From Escherichia phage ukendt: a stretch of 64,000 nt of DNA. This document shows positions 25,897-34,623 of the stretch, piece by piece. Location of the stretch: the sequence record NC_052661.1. One strand, given 5' to 3'. A program made the position numbers and the translations under genes. The notes under the pieces are model-generated. The model was not told the DNA's origin and ran no database searches. It saw only the letters and a program-made list of their open reading frames with translations. Numbering within the stretch: the stretch's first letter is position 1; every line of letters begins with the position of its first letter.

Positions 25897-26550
25897 CTAT
25901 ACCAGACTTTGTAGGTATTTGTCAAGGGCTTCTTGATCACCTTGGCAAACATAGCAACGGAAGTCTTGAGACGAAGGTTGTTTATTTTCATCCCAATCCC
26001 AATAAACATTACCTTTATAACGTGAGCCAGGAAACTCAAAAGAGGCTGTATGTGTAATGTATCCTGGGCCACCAGTGAAATCACAGAATGAGAATTGAGG
26101 GTATGCCGCCTTTACTGCCTCAATAAACCAAGCTTTACGATCTAATGCTTCATTGATGCTATATGCATGTCTCTCCATTTCTTCCCAAGTTTTCCAGACA
26201 CTTCTCTCATCAGGAGAAAAGACAAGCCATTCTGGAAGGTAGAGAGTGTCATAGTAATCATCATATTCGATCTCGGAGGCGCACGAAGCTGACTCCTCCA
26301 GTTTTGAGTAATCAAAAGCCGAATATACCCACCAACCATCTTCCAGTAAGGCTTTGATAGGGACGAAGCCTTTATCAACATATTGATCGAATTGTTTGAC
26401 ACGGTGGCTTGTGCAGTCTTCAAACTCACATTCTAAACGATAGGCACCTTTTCGACGAGCCTCAAGACCGTGTGTACTGAAAATAACAACACTTCCTTCA
26501 CCATCGTTACGATCTACTTGATAAGCAACTACTGGTTTTGAATTTGACAT
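25897..26550 (-). CDS. hypothetical protein (217 aa)
   Basis: ORF track. Confidence 0.5.
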   Translation of the reverse strand: MSNSKPVVAYQVDRNDGEGSVVIFSTHGLEARRKGAYRLECEFEDCTSHRVKQFDQYVDKGFVPIKALLEDGWWVYSAFDYSKLEESASCASEIEYDDYYDTLYLPEWLVFSPDERSVWKTWEEMERHAYSINEALDRKAWFIEAVKAAYPQFSFCDFTGGPGYITHTASFEFPGSRYKGNVYWDWDENKQPSSQDFRCYVCQGDQEALDKYLQSLV

Positions 26551-27233
26551 TATTTCTCCTTATCTAGAAGATTGTTAGACAAAAACACGGCACGAGCAAA
26601 ACCACGTGCGGTTAGGGATCTAAGTTGTTTTGTTTTTGCACTAGCTCCACCTAAGCTTTTCCAACCCCAGAAGCAGCCTATATGATCTACTGGTTTCTTC
26701 ACTGGTTGAACAAAACCATTGCCGTGCCAAATACAAGTTTTCTTTGTATACCCATCACGGGTAGGCATTTTAGGATGAAAGCTCCCTTCCTCTTCAAACA
26801 AATACCCACCATACTCATAAGGATCAAAGTAAAAATCGGGTTTACGCCATAAGGTTGAAAGTTTACCTACTGGGTTCTCAATCATCCAAGGAACATTATA
26901 TTTGTTACCCAAAGCTTCCACTACACGAATATTAGCTAAAGCTTCATCCAATTCCTCTGTGCTACGTTCGTGTTTGCTACCACTACCTGCTAACATAGTG
27001 CAAGGTGGAAATCCAAAAATAATATCGGGTTTAGGTATCCCATGATCTTCAGGGTTGAATGTAGAATCTATCCAAGCATTCACATAGGTTATGTTTGGGT
27101 GCTCCATCCTAACCTCGTATTTACCGTGATCCCCTTCATCAGCGTTTACACAAAAACACTTGTGACCTGCTTCGGCATAACGTAACACCATGATCCCAGA
27201 TCCGTCAAACATAGACAAAACTGTTTTACTCAT
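26550..27233 (-). CDS. DNA cytosine-C5 methyltransferase-like protein (short, atypical)
   Basis: motif I FDGSG, motif IV GFPPCT (PCQ-like), motif VI ENPVG; start placed at MSKTV after RBS ggagggg. Confidence 0.4.
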   Translation of the reverse strand: MSKTVLSMFDGSGIMVLRYAEAGHKCFCVNADEGDHGKYEVRMEHPNITYVNAWIDSTFNPEDHGIPKPDIIFGFPPCTMLAGSGSKHERSTEELDEALANIRVVEALGNKYNVPWMIENPVGKLSTLWRKPDFYFDPYEYGGYLFEEEGSFHPKMPTRDGYTKKTCIWHGNGFVQPVKKPVDHIGCFWGWKSLGGASAKTKQLRSLTARGFARAVFLSNNLLDKEK

Positions 27234-27639
27234 TACCCCTCCATTCAAGACAAGCCATAACTTTACGCCAATCACTTTCTGTAAGAAAAATCTCGTTTGC
27301 TTTCTTCCACAAATCTAAATCGTGAAGGGTTGGAATACGATATGTTAGTTCACAGAATCTATGCTCTTCTTCTGTAATATAACCAAAATGCAGAGCCACA
27401 TCGTGAAACCAACACCAACCATGCATCTCTCGAACAACATGGTCATGCTGAGACATTGTTTTATGCCGTAAACCTAACCAACAAGGAACAGATACTTTAG
27501 TAGTCTTTAATCTGTGATCAACAATATTAGAGTATTCAATAATAGCTGTCAGTTTCAATCGTGCTTTTTCTAAATCCTCGTGGGTCACTTTGAAATAACT
27601 TTCTGAAAGATATCCACACATATTAATAACCTCCTTCAA
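27226..27639 (-). CDS. hypothetical protein (137 aa)
   Basis: ORF track. Confidence 0.45.
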   Translation of the reverse strand: MKEVINMCGYLSESYFKVTHEDLEKARLKLTAIIEYSNIVDHRLKTTKVSVPCWLGLRHKTMSQHDHVVREMHGWCWFHDVALHFGYITEEEHRFCELTYRIPTLHDLDLWKKANEIFLTESDWRKVMACLEWRGNE

Positions 27640-28564
27640 AAGGCTTAACTACATGTTGATTAGCTTTAAAACGTTCAACATAGTCGTTTTCACCCATGTT
27701 TTCATATAGCTTAGTAACAACATAAAAGTTTTCCCAAGCATATTCCCTAAACCAACCACTAGTGATGGATGTGCAGACTTTAGATAAAGCCATTATAAAA
27801 CTTTGCTTAGGGGTTGGACCTCCGATCTCTCCACCGAAAGGAATTTGTGAACGTTCCAAAGCCAAAACACACGCTTCTTCATAAACACCTAACAGGCGCA
27901 CATGTTTTGGTTGAGCAAAAAACTTTTCTTTGCTGGTCATAACTTCACTTCCATCCTTCATATAAGATTTATATGCTGGAGCATCCATTACTGCGATTGC
28001 TTCATGAATAGAGTCATGATCATAAACATACGGAACCTCATCACCTTTAAAGAAGTCTTTACTTCTCACGTTTAAGTTTGGATGAGAGTAAGTGTATGTT
28101 TCTTTCTCACGCAACTCATAAATACTCTTAAGATTTTCTGGGATCTTTGCGCCTAGTGATCGCATGAAATGAATATCTTTCATAGTTTTAAAGAAGTGAG
28201 GACTATCCTTTTTAAAACGATGACTCATTTTAAGAAGGTAGAGCACATCTAAAGGAGCAACAACGTGTCCAGCGTAAGTTCGACGAATATCATCAGAGTC
28301 TTCACAATAACTAATCAAAGCTTCTGTGCTATCTCCTTGAGAAGCAATATCGTATTCCAAGTGTGCACCAGCTATCATTTTGACATGGCCCTTGTTCCCT
28401 TTACGCTCTACAAGTTCAACAAACTCATCTTGAGAGAACATTTTTGATAATTCTTCCCACTCTTGTTCTGTACAGAGATAATCTAAATCTACACAAGGGC
28501 GATACAAGTCTTTTCCCATGTCCATAGCATGAATTTGTAATGCACGGCTACCAATTAACACCAT
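27623..28564 (-). CDS. hypothetical protein with possible Pol-beta-type nucleotidyltransferase signature
   Basis: N-terminal IGSRAL...VDLDYL resembles the hG[GS]..Dh[DE]h minimal NTase motif. Confidence 0.35.
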   Translation of the reverse strand: MVLIGSRALQIHAMDMGKDLYRPCVDLDYLCTEQEWEELSKMFSQDEFVELVERKGNKGHVKMIAGAHLEYDIASQGDSTEALISYCEDSDDIRRTYAGHVVAPLDVLYLLKMSHRFKKDSPHFFKTMKDIHFMRSLGAKIPENLKSIYELREKETYTYSHPNLNVRSKDFFKGDEVPYVYDHDSIHEAIAVMDAPAYKSYMKDGSEVMTSKEKFFAQPKHVRLLGVYEEACVLALERSQIPFGGEIGGPTPKQSFIMALSKVCTSITSGWFREYAWENFYVVTKLYENMGENDYVERFKANQHVVKPFEGGY

Positions 28565-28624
28565 AATATTTCTCCTCTATTGGTTGATAGGTTAAGTTTA
28601 TCAAGCTTCCAGATTTCTGTCAAT

Positions 28625-28644
28625 AAAAAACCCGCCGAAGCGGG
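28625..28644 (-). terminator. rho-independent terminator CCCGC-CGAA-GCGGG
   Basis: stem-loop followed by T6 in minus sense. Confidence 0.6.
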
Positions 28645-28654
28645 TTATTATTTA

Positions 28655-28927
28655 CTAACACATTGAGGAAGAAGAGATCCAAACACCTCTTGTGGTTAAA
28701 CCATTTTCATCCAACTCTACACCATAATCTTCACAAATGAAATCAATATAGTGATCTGCGGCTGGCGTTCCTGTAGGGTAATAAGTTTCTCCGTTACCGT
28801 AGTCACCTATCCAAGCTTGTTCCTGAAACTGTTCACAAAGTTCTTCAATCTCCTTACGAAACTTTCTTTGTGCTTGTTCCATCTCTTTAACTTTCTTTTT
28901 TATCAGCAGTTCGCCTTCAGACTCCAC
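28655..28927 (-). CDS. hypothetical small acidic protein, C-terminal W-x-SSS-x-C
   Basis: ORF track; C-terminus GVWISSSSMC paralogous to 28937 and 29442. Confidence 0.5.
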   Translation of the reverse strand: MESEGELLIKKKVKEMEQAQRKFRKEIEELCEQFQEQAWIGDYGNGETYYPTGTPAADHYIDFICEDYGVELDENGLTTRGVWISSSSMC

Positions 28928-28936
28928 AATCTCTCC

Positions 28937-29197
28937 TTAACAGCTACTACTGTGCCAAACGCCTTGAGAATTAACGACGAAACCATCATCACCTTCACCA
29001 TAACAAGAAGAGGATTGCCAATCTTCAAAACAGATTGCGTCATTTTCTAAACTAAGACCAAAACCAGCATCTTCAGCTTCTTTTGTAAGTTCGTCCACTA
29101 AAGCCATAATAGCTTGGGCTTTTTCAGTTAATTCTTCAACATTACGATCACTCATTAGTATTTCTCCTCTGGTTGGAAAACTGAACGACAAGCCCAC
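28937..29197 (-). CDS. hypothetical small acidic protein, C-terminal GVWHSSSC
   Basis: ORF track; paralog of 28655. Confidence 0.5.
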   Translation of the reverse strand: MGLSFSFPTRGEILMSDRNVEELTEKAQAIMALVDELTKEAEDAGFGLSLENDAICFEDWQSSSCYGEGDDGFVVNSQGVWHSSSC

Positions 29198-29469
29198 ATA
29201 CTAGCTTCTTTTAAATGTTTAATAGCACAACGGATTTGATCAATACGTTCGTATGCAAGATCTAATTCTTTTTCTGTGCCGTCAAAAGACCCATGATATG
29301 CTTCACAATACTCTTCCTCTAAAGCTTTGAAGATTAAACCTAAACGCTCTTCTGCATCTTTAATAGCGTTAACCTTGCCAATCTTATCGTCAGTATGCGC
29401 CTTATAACCTTTGATATCTTCGATTCCCACTTTACCTCCTATTAACAACTTAAAGAAGATGGGTGCCAA
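29155..29469 (-). CDS. hypothetical protein (104 aa)
   Basis: ORF track. Confidence 0.45.
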   Translation of the reverse strand: MAPIFFKLLIGGKVGIEDIKGYKAHTDDKIGKVNAIKDAEERLGLIFKALEEEYCEAYHGSFDGTEKELDLAYERIDQIRCAIKHLKEASMWACRSVFQPEEKY

Positions 29470-29639
29470 TTTGTTCCAGTATTCTCATTTTCATCTTCTG
29501 GATCATAATAGCCACCCATCCCATATTCAGGGGAGAAACGGAAACCTTTACCAGTCTCATCTGCTAACTGCTCTGCTTCCGCTAAAGCCTCATAAGCTGC
29601 TTTTACGGCTTCTTCTACTGTTTTAAACTTGGTCGTCAT
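29442..29639 (-). CDS. hypothetical small acidic protein, C-terminal WHPSSLSC
   Basis: ORF track; third member of the SSC-tail family. Confidence 0.45.
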   Translation of the reverse strand: MTTKFKTVEEAVKAAYEALAEAEQLADETGKGFRFSPEYGMGGYYDPEDENENTGTNWHPSSLSC

Positions 29640-29913
29640 AAAATTTCTCCTCTCCTAAAGACATGTTGACATGAAATGCACGATATGTAAATTCGTTGTC
29701 CGTTGTGTTTGAATAAAACTCAAATTGAACAACACCGTCTTGAGAAGACAGATACATGCCAATTTGAACTGTTCCTTCTGGTACCAGGTAAGCATACTCT
29801 GGACGTAGTGTTACATTGTAAAAATAAAGTTCCCCAACACCCATTTCATCCCAAGCTTCCCAAGCGGTAACGAAGTTACTTTCAAAACTTGTTACTGATC
29901 TGAACTCTGCCAT
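29623..29913 (-). CDS. hypothetical protein (96 aa)
   Basis: ORF track. Confidence 0.5.
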   Translation of the reverse strand: MAEFRSVTSFESNFVTAWEAWDEMGVGELYFYNVTLRPEYAYLVPEGTVQIGMYLSSQDGVVQFEFYSNTTDNEFTYRAFHVNMSLGEEKFYDDQV

Positions 29914-30404
29914 AAAACCTCCTCAATCTTGTAGTTTGACTCCATCTCCAACACATTTCCACGAACGTCTCTCCGAAGAAAGGCATAAGCTTTATTAGGT
30001 ATTGTAGACTCATATTTAACCATATCTGGCACAGCAAAAGATACTACTACTCCTGCTGGGCTTCTGTCAAGAGCCTTATTAATATTTCTAAGGATATCGT
30101 TAGCCAAGATTTCTGCCAATTCTCCAAGAACGGTTTCGGTTATATCTTTATATCCCATTAAGTATTTGTTGATATCTTTCATCTCTGTATTGTTCAGAGT
30201 ATAATCCAAAGGATAGAAATTCAAAGCGGAGTCACTTTTATGTGTCCACATGAAATGCACCCGATCCGAGCAGAATCGTAACCCTCTTTGAAGAATATCT
30301 TCTACAACAGGCAGAATTTCTTTTGTCACATCATTAACCATGTTGTAATCTAAGATTTCTGCCAAGTTTGTTCTTTGTTCACCACGTTTACGTTTAGGAA
30401 TCAC
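29892..30404 (-). CDS. hypothetical protein (170 aa)
   Basis: ORF track. Confidence 0.5.
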   Translation of the reverse strand: MIPKRKRGEQRTNLAEILDYNMVNDVTKEILPVVEDILQRGLRFCSDRVHFMWTHKSDSALNFYPLDYTLNNTEMKDINKYLMGYKDITETVLGELAEILANDILRNINKALDRSPAGVVVSFAVPDMVKYESTIPNKAYAFLRRDVRGNVLEMESNYKIEEVLWQSSDQ

Positions 30405-30975
30405 TTGTTATTGCCCTCATTACCAAAGGTCGTAGAAAATCGTAAATCTCTTGTTTTGTTTTCCCACGAATGTTTAAACAAGGAACATTATTGGCTTTAG
30501 CTATCTTCCAAGCCGTAGCTGTTCCGCCTTTTGCATCCCCATGTTTATCAGTATTAGCACAAGCCAACAAGAAACACGATGGAGCAGGATTCTCCAAATC
30601 TCTGCCTAACACCTGATGCACATTACGTTGGTGCAATTTTCTAGCACCCTGCTTAAGCTTTTCATAAGCTGGGTGAACATCTTTGATCCATTGCACAGAG
30701 ATAGCATAGTTCATTGTATCTGGTTTTGCAAGAACAATAACATCACCTGGAATCTGATTACCTTTGAAATTTTCCCAAGGAACATAAATCTCCTTGTTAG
30801 TAGGATTTTCAGACTCTTGGACACCTGTTTCAAAAGCAGAATCACTACCCTCTGCCTTCCCAGACCTTAATTTAAACCCAAGGTTTGAAAGCCATTTCCC
30901 TATGCCTACCATCAAAGCCCACTCTTCTTCAGATATATCTCTACTTCCAACTCCCGTATAGAACAGTTCTGCCAT
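30394..30975 (-). CDS. DprA/Smf-like (SLOG-type) Rossmann-fold protein
   Basis: GVGSRDIS ... SGKAEGSDSAFETG resembles the DprA GSR / SG.A.G.D signature; start at MAELFY after RBS gaggtga. Confidence 0.35.
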   Translation of the reverse strand: MAELFYTGVGSRDISEEEWALMVGIGKWLSNLGFKLRSGKAEGSDSAFETGVQESENPTNKEIYVPWENFKGNQIPGDVIVLAKPDTMNYAISVQWIKDVHPAYEKLKQGARKLHQRNVHQVLGRDLENPAPSCFLLACANTDKHGDAKGGTATAWKIAKANNVPCLNIRGKTKQEIYDFLRPLVMRAITSDS

Positions 30976-30982
30976 AATCACC

Positions 30983-31291
30983 TCAACAAGTAATTTCAAA
31001 AGGTGTATAGGGTTCCGTATTTCTCATGATCCAAGGACTGCTAGGATTGCTCGGATCATAAGGACCAAAAGGTTTTATGGTAGGTTGTGTTTCTTTCTTC
31101 TGAATCTCTTCAAAAATACGACGAAGTTCAGAATATTCTTGATCCACCATAAGATTCGGTGCATCCGATTCTACAGTTTGCAGGTTATCTTCCTTAAAAA
31201 CAATCTCACGAACAAGATTAACATCTTCTGTTTCTAAGATAACTTCTTTACGGATATTACCTACACTTTGAATAATTGTAATCTTATACAT
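30983..31291 (-). CDS. hypothetical protein (102 aa)
   Basis: ORF track. Confidence 0.5.
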   Translation of the reverse strand: MYKITIIQSVGNIRKEVILETEDVNLVREIVFKEDNLQTVESDAPNLMVDQEYSELRRIFEEIQKKETQPTIKPFGPYDPSNPSSPWIMRNTEPYTPFEITC

Positions 31292-32034
31292 TAATCCTCC
31301 TCAAGAGTTGAATAAAATTGAAGACCACCGTCCATATCGAAATAAGCAAATGTTAAGTTATTATTGAACACAGATCCAGTATCCATATAAACACGATTCG
31401 CATTGATAATAGGTGTTTTTACATAAGAGTGTCCATGGAACACATAGTCCACACCCATCACAACAGGAAGTTTCATTCCCTCTTTAGCACAGTCCACCAT
31501 ATCTCTGTCCCACATAAGTGCTTCAGCAAAACGGTTTTCCTGTGTTTTTGTCATCTTCAAAGTGTATTCTGGAATATCTGTTACAGGGAGATATTCCAAA
31601 GAAGATGGATACCCACCATGAATAAACGCAAGTTTCATGCCTCTGTAGTTAACAATGAGAACAACAGGTAAATCTTCTGTCATCATTGCTAAGGCTGTAG
31701 CTCCTTCTTCACCACATTCTTCAAGGACTGTATATCCTCCATTTTGATACCAACACTCGAAGTAGCTACGATCTCCTTCCAGCATACCTTTAATCATCAT
31801 GTCTTCATGATTTCCACGAATAGCGTAGCGATTGTGTTTACGAGTAAATTCTAAAACACAACGAAAGTTTTGCTTTCCACGGTCAGTAAGATCTCCTAAA
31901 GATACAACTACATCTGTATCTCGGATACCTAACTTTGCCTTTCCTTTTTCATACAAATTATAACAACCGTGTAGATCTCCAATTATAAAAAGATCTTGAT
32001 CGCTTTTAACAGTAATTTCTCTATGTATGATCAC
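31291..32034 (-). CDS. Ser/Thr protein phosphatase (calcineurin-like metallophosphatase)
   Basis: GDLHG, GDLTDRG, GNHE motifs. Confidence 0.8.
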   Translation of the reverse strand: MIIHREITVKSDQDLFIIGDLHGCYNLYEKGKAKLGIRDTDVVVSLGDLTDRGKQNFRCVLEFTRKHNRYAIRGNHEDMMIKGMLEGDRSYFECWYQNGGYTVLEECGEEGATALAMMTEDLPVVLIVNYRGMKLAFIHGGYPSSLEYLPVTDIPEYTLKMTKTQENRFAEALMWDRDMVDCAKEGMKLPVVMGVDYVFHGHSYVKTPIINANRVYMDTGSVFNNNLTFAYFDMDGGLQFYSTLEED

Positions 32035-32360
32035 TTATCCTCCTCAAAATCTAAGAAAATAAAAATATTCACCTTTCCTTCAATCTCTTGTTCTAAAACA
32101 AGATCGGCAAATTCTGCATAAGCTTTCTCTTCAACTTTTTCAATATGCTCTGCGGCATCTTTAAAAGGTGTATCCCCATCCACCTTTACTAATAAGAAAA
32201 GAGATCGCATTTCGACGCTTTTACTGTTACGAGGAAGGAAATCTACAGCTTCAACAATTCTCCAACCCAAATAGCCAGGAGTTTTATGAATCTCCCCTAA
32301 ATGCTTTTCTAAGATTTTACGACCCTCGTCGATAAGGGCTTGTTCTGTAGTAATTTCCAT
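32031..32360 (-). CDS. hypothetical protein (109 aa)
   Basis: ORF track. Confidence 0.5.
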   Translation of the reverse strand: MEITTEQALIDEGRKILEKHLGEIHKTPGYLGWRIVEAVDFLPRNSKSVEMRSLFLLVKVDGDTPFKDAAEHIEKVEEKAYAEFADLVLEQEIEGKVNIFIFLDFEEDK

Positions 32361-32370
32361 TCCTTCCTCC

Positions 32371-32961
32371 TCAAATTATTAACGAAACCGCATGACTAAA
32401 TTTTGGTTCAGATATAACCTCTGCTACAGTCACATATGTATCGTGCAGCCAAAAAGATTCTACTCTACAAACACAAATACCGTTGATAATGAAATCTACA
32501 CAGGCTTTATTATTTTCGCACACTTGTTGTCTATAAACAACCCCTAAAGAGTCATAAAGTGATCTCACTGTTGCTACCATTTCATCTGTTTCATCTTCGT
32601 GCGAAACAAAGAAAACGAATACAGACAAGTTGTTAGCGAAAGTACTGCTATTCTCTACTTCAACCGACTTACAAGGTAAAAAGGAGTAATATTTACCGTT
32701 AGGTATCAATTTCGCCTCAACCTGGTTAAGTATGCTTTGAGATGGTTTTGTTACATAAAAAAGATTTTCTGTTGGGTTTTCAACATTACTCCTTACTATG
32801 CAACGAGTGGGGTTCGAAGGATCAAAAACATGATCGAAATCGACACACACAGGTAAGTTAACAACTTTAAACTTTTTGCTAAGAATGCTTACTGCGGTAA
32901 AAATCAAACCAGCGTTTATTTTGCCAGTGAAAGTTGAACGCATAACTACTCCTCGGATCAT
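32371..32961 (-). CDS. hypothetical protein (196 aa)
   Basis: ORF track. Confidence 0.5.
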   Translation of the reverse strand: MIRGVVMRSTFTGKINAGLIFTAVSILSKKFKVVNLPVCVDFDHVFDPSNPTRCIVRSNVENPTENLFYVTKPSQSILNQVEAKLIPNGKYYSFLPCKSVEVENSSTFANNLSVFVFFVSHEDETDEMVATVRSLYDSLGVVYRQQVCENNKACVDFIINGICVCRVESFWLHDTYVTVAEVISEPKFSHAVSLII

Positions 32962-33152
32962 TCTACCAAAGAGAATTCCGCCTCTTCCAGGTAGATTACA
33001 GACCTTGTTGCATGATATTTAACGCTCCAGAAATTACCTTCGCGCCGTAAAAGTATCTCATTCACATCAAGATTGCTTAGAAAAACCATATAACTTAAAG
33101 CTTGTTGACGCGTTGAGAATTGTTTCTCTAAAAGTTCTTCTCCGCTCTGCAT
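32958..33152 (-). CDS. hypothetical protein (64 aa)
   Basis: ORF track. Confidence 0.45.
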   Translation of the reverse strand: MQSGEELLEKQFSTRQQALSYMVFLSNLDVNEILLRREGNFWSVKYHATRSVIYLEEAEFSLVE

Positions 33153-33198
33153 AATCCCTCCTTAAAAATACTCCCTCCGAGAAGGGAGTATAAGTATA

Positions 33199-33402
33199 TC
33201 ACGTAGTTGTTATGTTGTCTTCTTGGATACCAGAATCCACTTCTGCAAACATATCTTCTGCACTGTAATTATTTCCAGTCCAGCGTGATAGAAGGATAGC
33301 ACCAATCTCTTTTGCATGAGATTCAGACTCCGCATAAACGTTAGTCCCAGTGTCACCTTTTTTCTTTTCATGTGCATAAATGCAGTAATAATTGTAAGCC
33401 AT
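33199..33402 (-). CDS. hypothetical protein (67 aa)
   Basis: ORF track. Confidence 0.45.
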   Translation of the reverse strand: MAYNYYCIYAHEKKKGDTGTNVYAESESHAKEIGAILLSRWTGNNYSAEDMFAEVDSGIQEDNITTT

Positions 33403-33638
33403 TAGTCTTCCCAGTCATTGTCCTCGGTAGAGTGAACCAAAGCTCGCACGATGCCGCCATAGTCTACTGCTTGGTTTGCAGCATGTTCGGCATAAACTTC
33501 AATAGCTTTTTTGAAGAAAAGAGCAGTAGCTGCTTCAATATTATCCATTTCACCCTCTACATCAGTAGAAAGTGAAAGGTTGAGGCTTTCATCTACTTCA
33601 TCAAAATCAATAGCCACTGTCATAATTAGTTTACCCAT
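33402..33638 (-). CDS. hypothetical acidic protein (78 aa)
   Basis: ORF track. Confidence 0.45.
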   Translation of the reverse strand: MGKLIMTVAIDFDEVDESLNLSLSTDVEGEMDNIEAATALFFKKAIEVYAEHAANQAVDYGGIVRALVHSTEDNDWED

Positions 33639-33650
33639 AGTTCACACTCC

Positions 33651-34160
33651 TTAAACAAAATAAAATGGTTGAGAGAGGCCCAAACGATTCTTTGGGTCGT
33701 ATACATACCAAGCGTATGCTGTCTTATCTGTTCCACCTGCAACAAACGAAGGCCGTTCTGAAAGAACTATAAGGTTTGTCGGTGGATTCTTTTGATGGAA
33801 CTCTCGTCGTTTCTTTGACTCCAAGAAGCCCAACCGAAGAAGATAAATACAAACATCCGCCTCTTTTAAGCTCTTTTCCAAGAACTCCATTGCTAACTTA
33901 AATGGAGGGTTTGTGATTATAATGTCGGGACGATTTTCCCACTCGTGACTAAAATAATCCTTACCTTCTTCAAGTTCACAATATTCTGAACCTTCAGGAA
34001 AATGGCGATAAATCGCTTCAGCTTCACCTCTGCAAGGTTCTGCAAAAACCCAACCTTCTTCCTTTAGATTTTTGAAATCTATAACACTAAACAAACTATT
34101 GATTGCTTTTTGCGGTGTAGGATAATAATCGCTCGTTGGGCGATCATAATCTAATGCCAT
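33651..34160 (-). CDS. putative N6-adenine methyltransferase (NPPF motif)
   Basis: DIIITNPPF catalytic motif IV; small (169 aa). Confidence 0.55.
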   Translation of the reverse strand: MALDYDRPTSDYYPTPQKAINSLFSVIDFKNLKEEGWVFAEPCRGEAEAIYRHFPEGSEYCELEEGKDYFSHEWENRPDIIITNPPFKLAMEFLEKSLKEADVCIYLLRLGFLESKKRREFHQKNPPTNLIVLSERPSFVAGGTDKTAYAWYVYDPKNRLGLSQPFYFV

Positions 34161-34578
34161 CTAAAATCTCCTCTTTTGTAATATTATCCAACTCTTTAAA
34201 AGATGAAATCTCGTTTAATAATCCTATTTGATCAGCCTCTAGAGGATAAGTGTTTTTATCTGTTTTTCTAGACAGAATATCCTCAACAAACTTATCAATA
34301 GCCAAAGAAGAATCATAAAATTTTAAAAGTTGGTAATCCATAGGAGATATTTTGTCATCTCTTAGAAATATTTCTAACATGTTTTCAGGAGTATCGTGGT
34401 TTAGTTTATGTTCACCAAAAATATTAACTTCGTAAACATCTTTGCCAAACCAACGTTTCTTCTTTTCAACAGTATAGGTTTTTGCCACCAGACCATCTAA
34501 ACAGTTTCTTGCCCTCTTACATGTTTGACGGTAAGAGTGGATAGCGCCTTCAACAAACTTAGCAGGAACTTGTAACAT
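34144..34578 (-). CDS. hypothetical protein (144 aa)
   Basis: ORF track. Confidence 0.5.
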   Translation of the reverse strand: MLQVPAKFVEGAIHSYRQTCKRARNCLDGLVAKTYTVEKKKRWFGKDVYEVNIFGEHKLNHDTPENMLEIFLRDDKISPMDYQLLKFYDSSLAIDKFVEDILSRKTDKNTYPLEADQIGLLNEISSFKELDNITKEEILDGIRL

Positions 34579-34602
34579 TATTAATCTCCTATGTTTAAGA
34601 AA

Positions 34603-34618
34603 TGCCCCCGAAGGGGCA
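34603..34618 (-). terminator. rho-independent terminator TGCCCC-CGAA-GGGGCA
   Basis: stem-loop followed by TTTCTT in minus sense, downstream of the HslV-like gene. Confidence 0.6.
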
Positions 34619-34623
34619 GTTTG

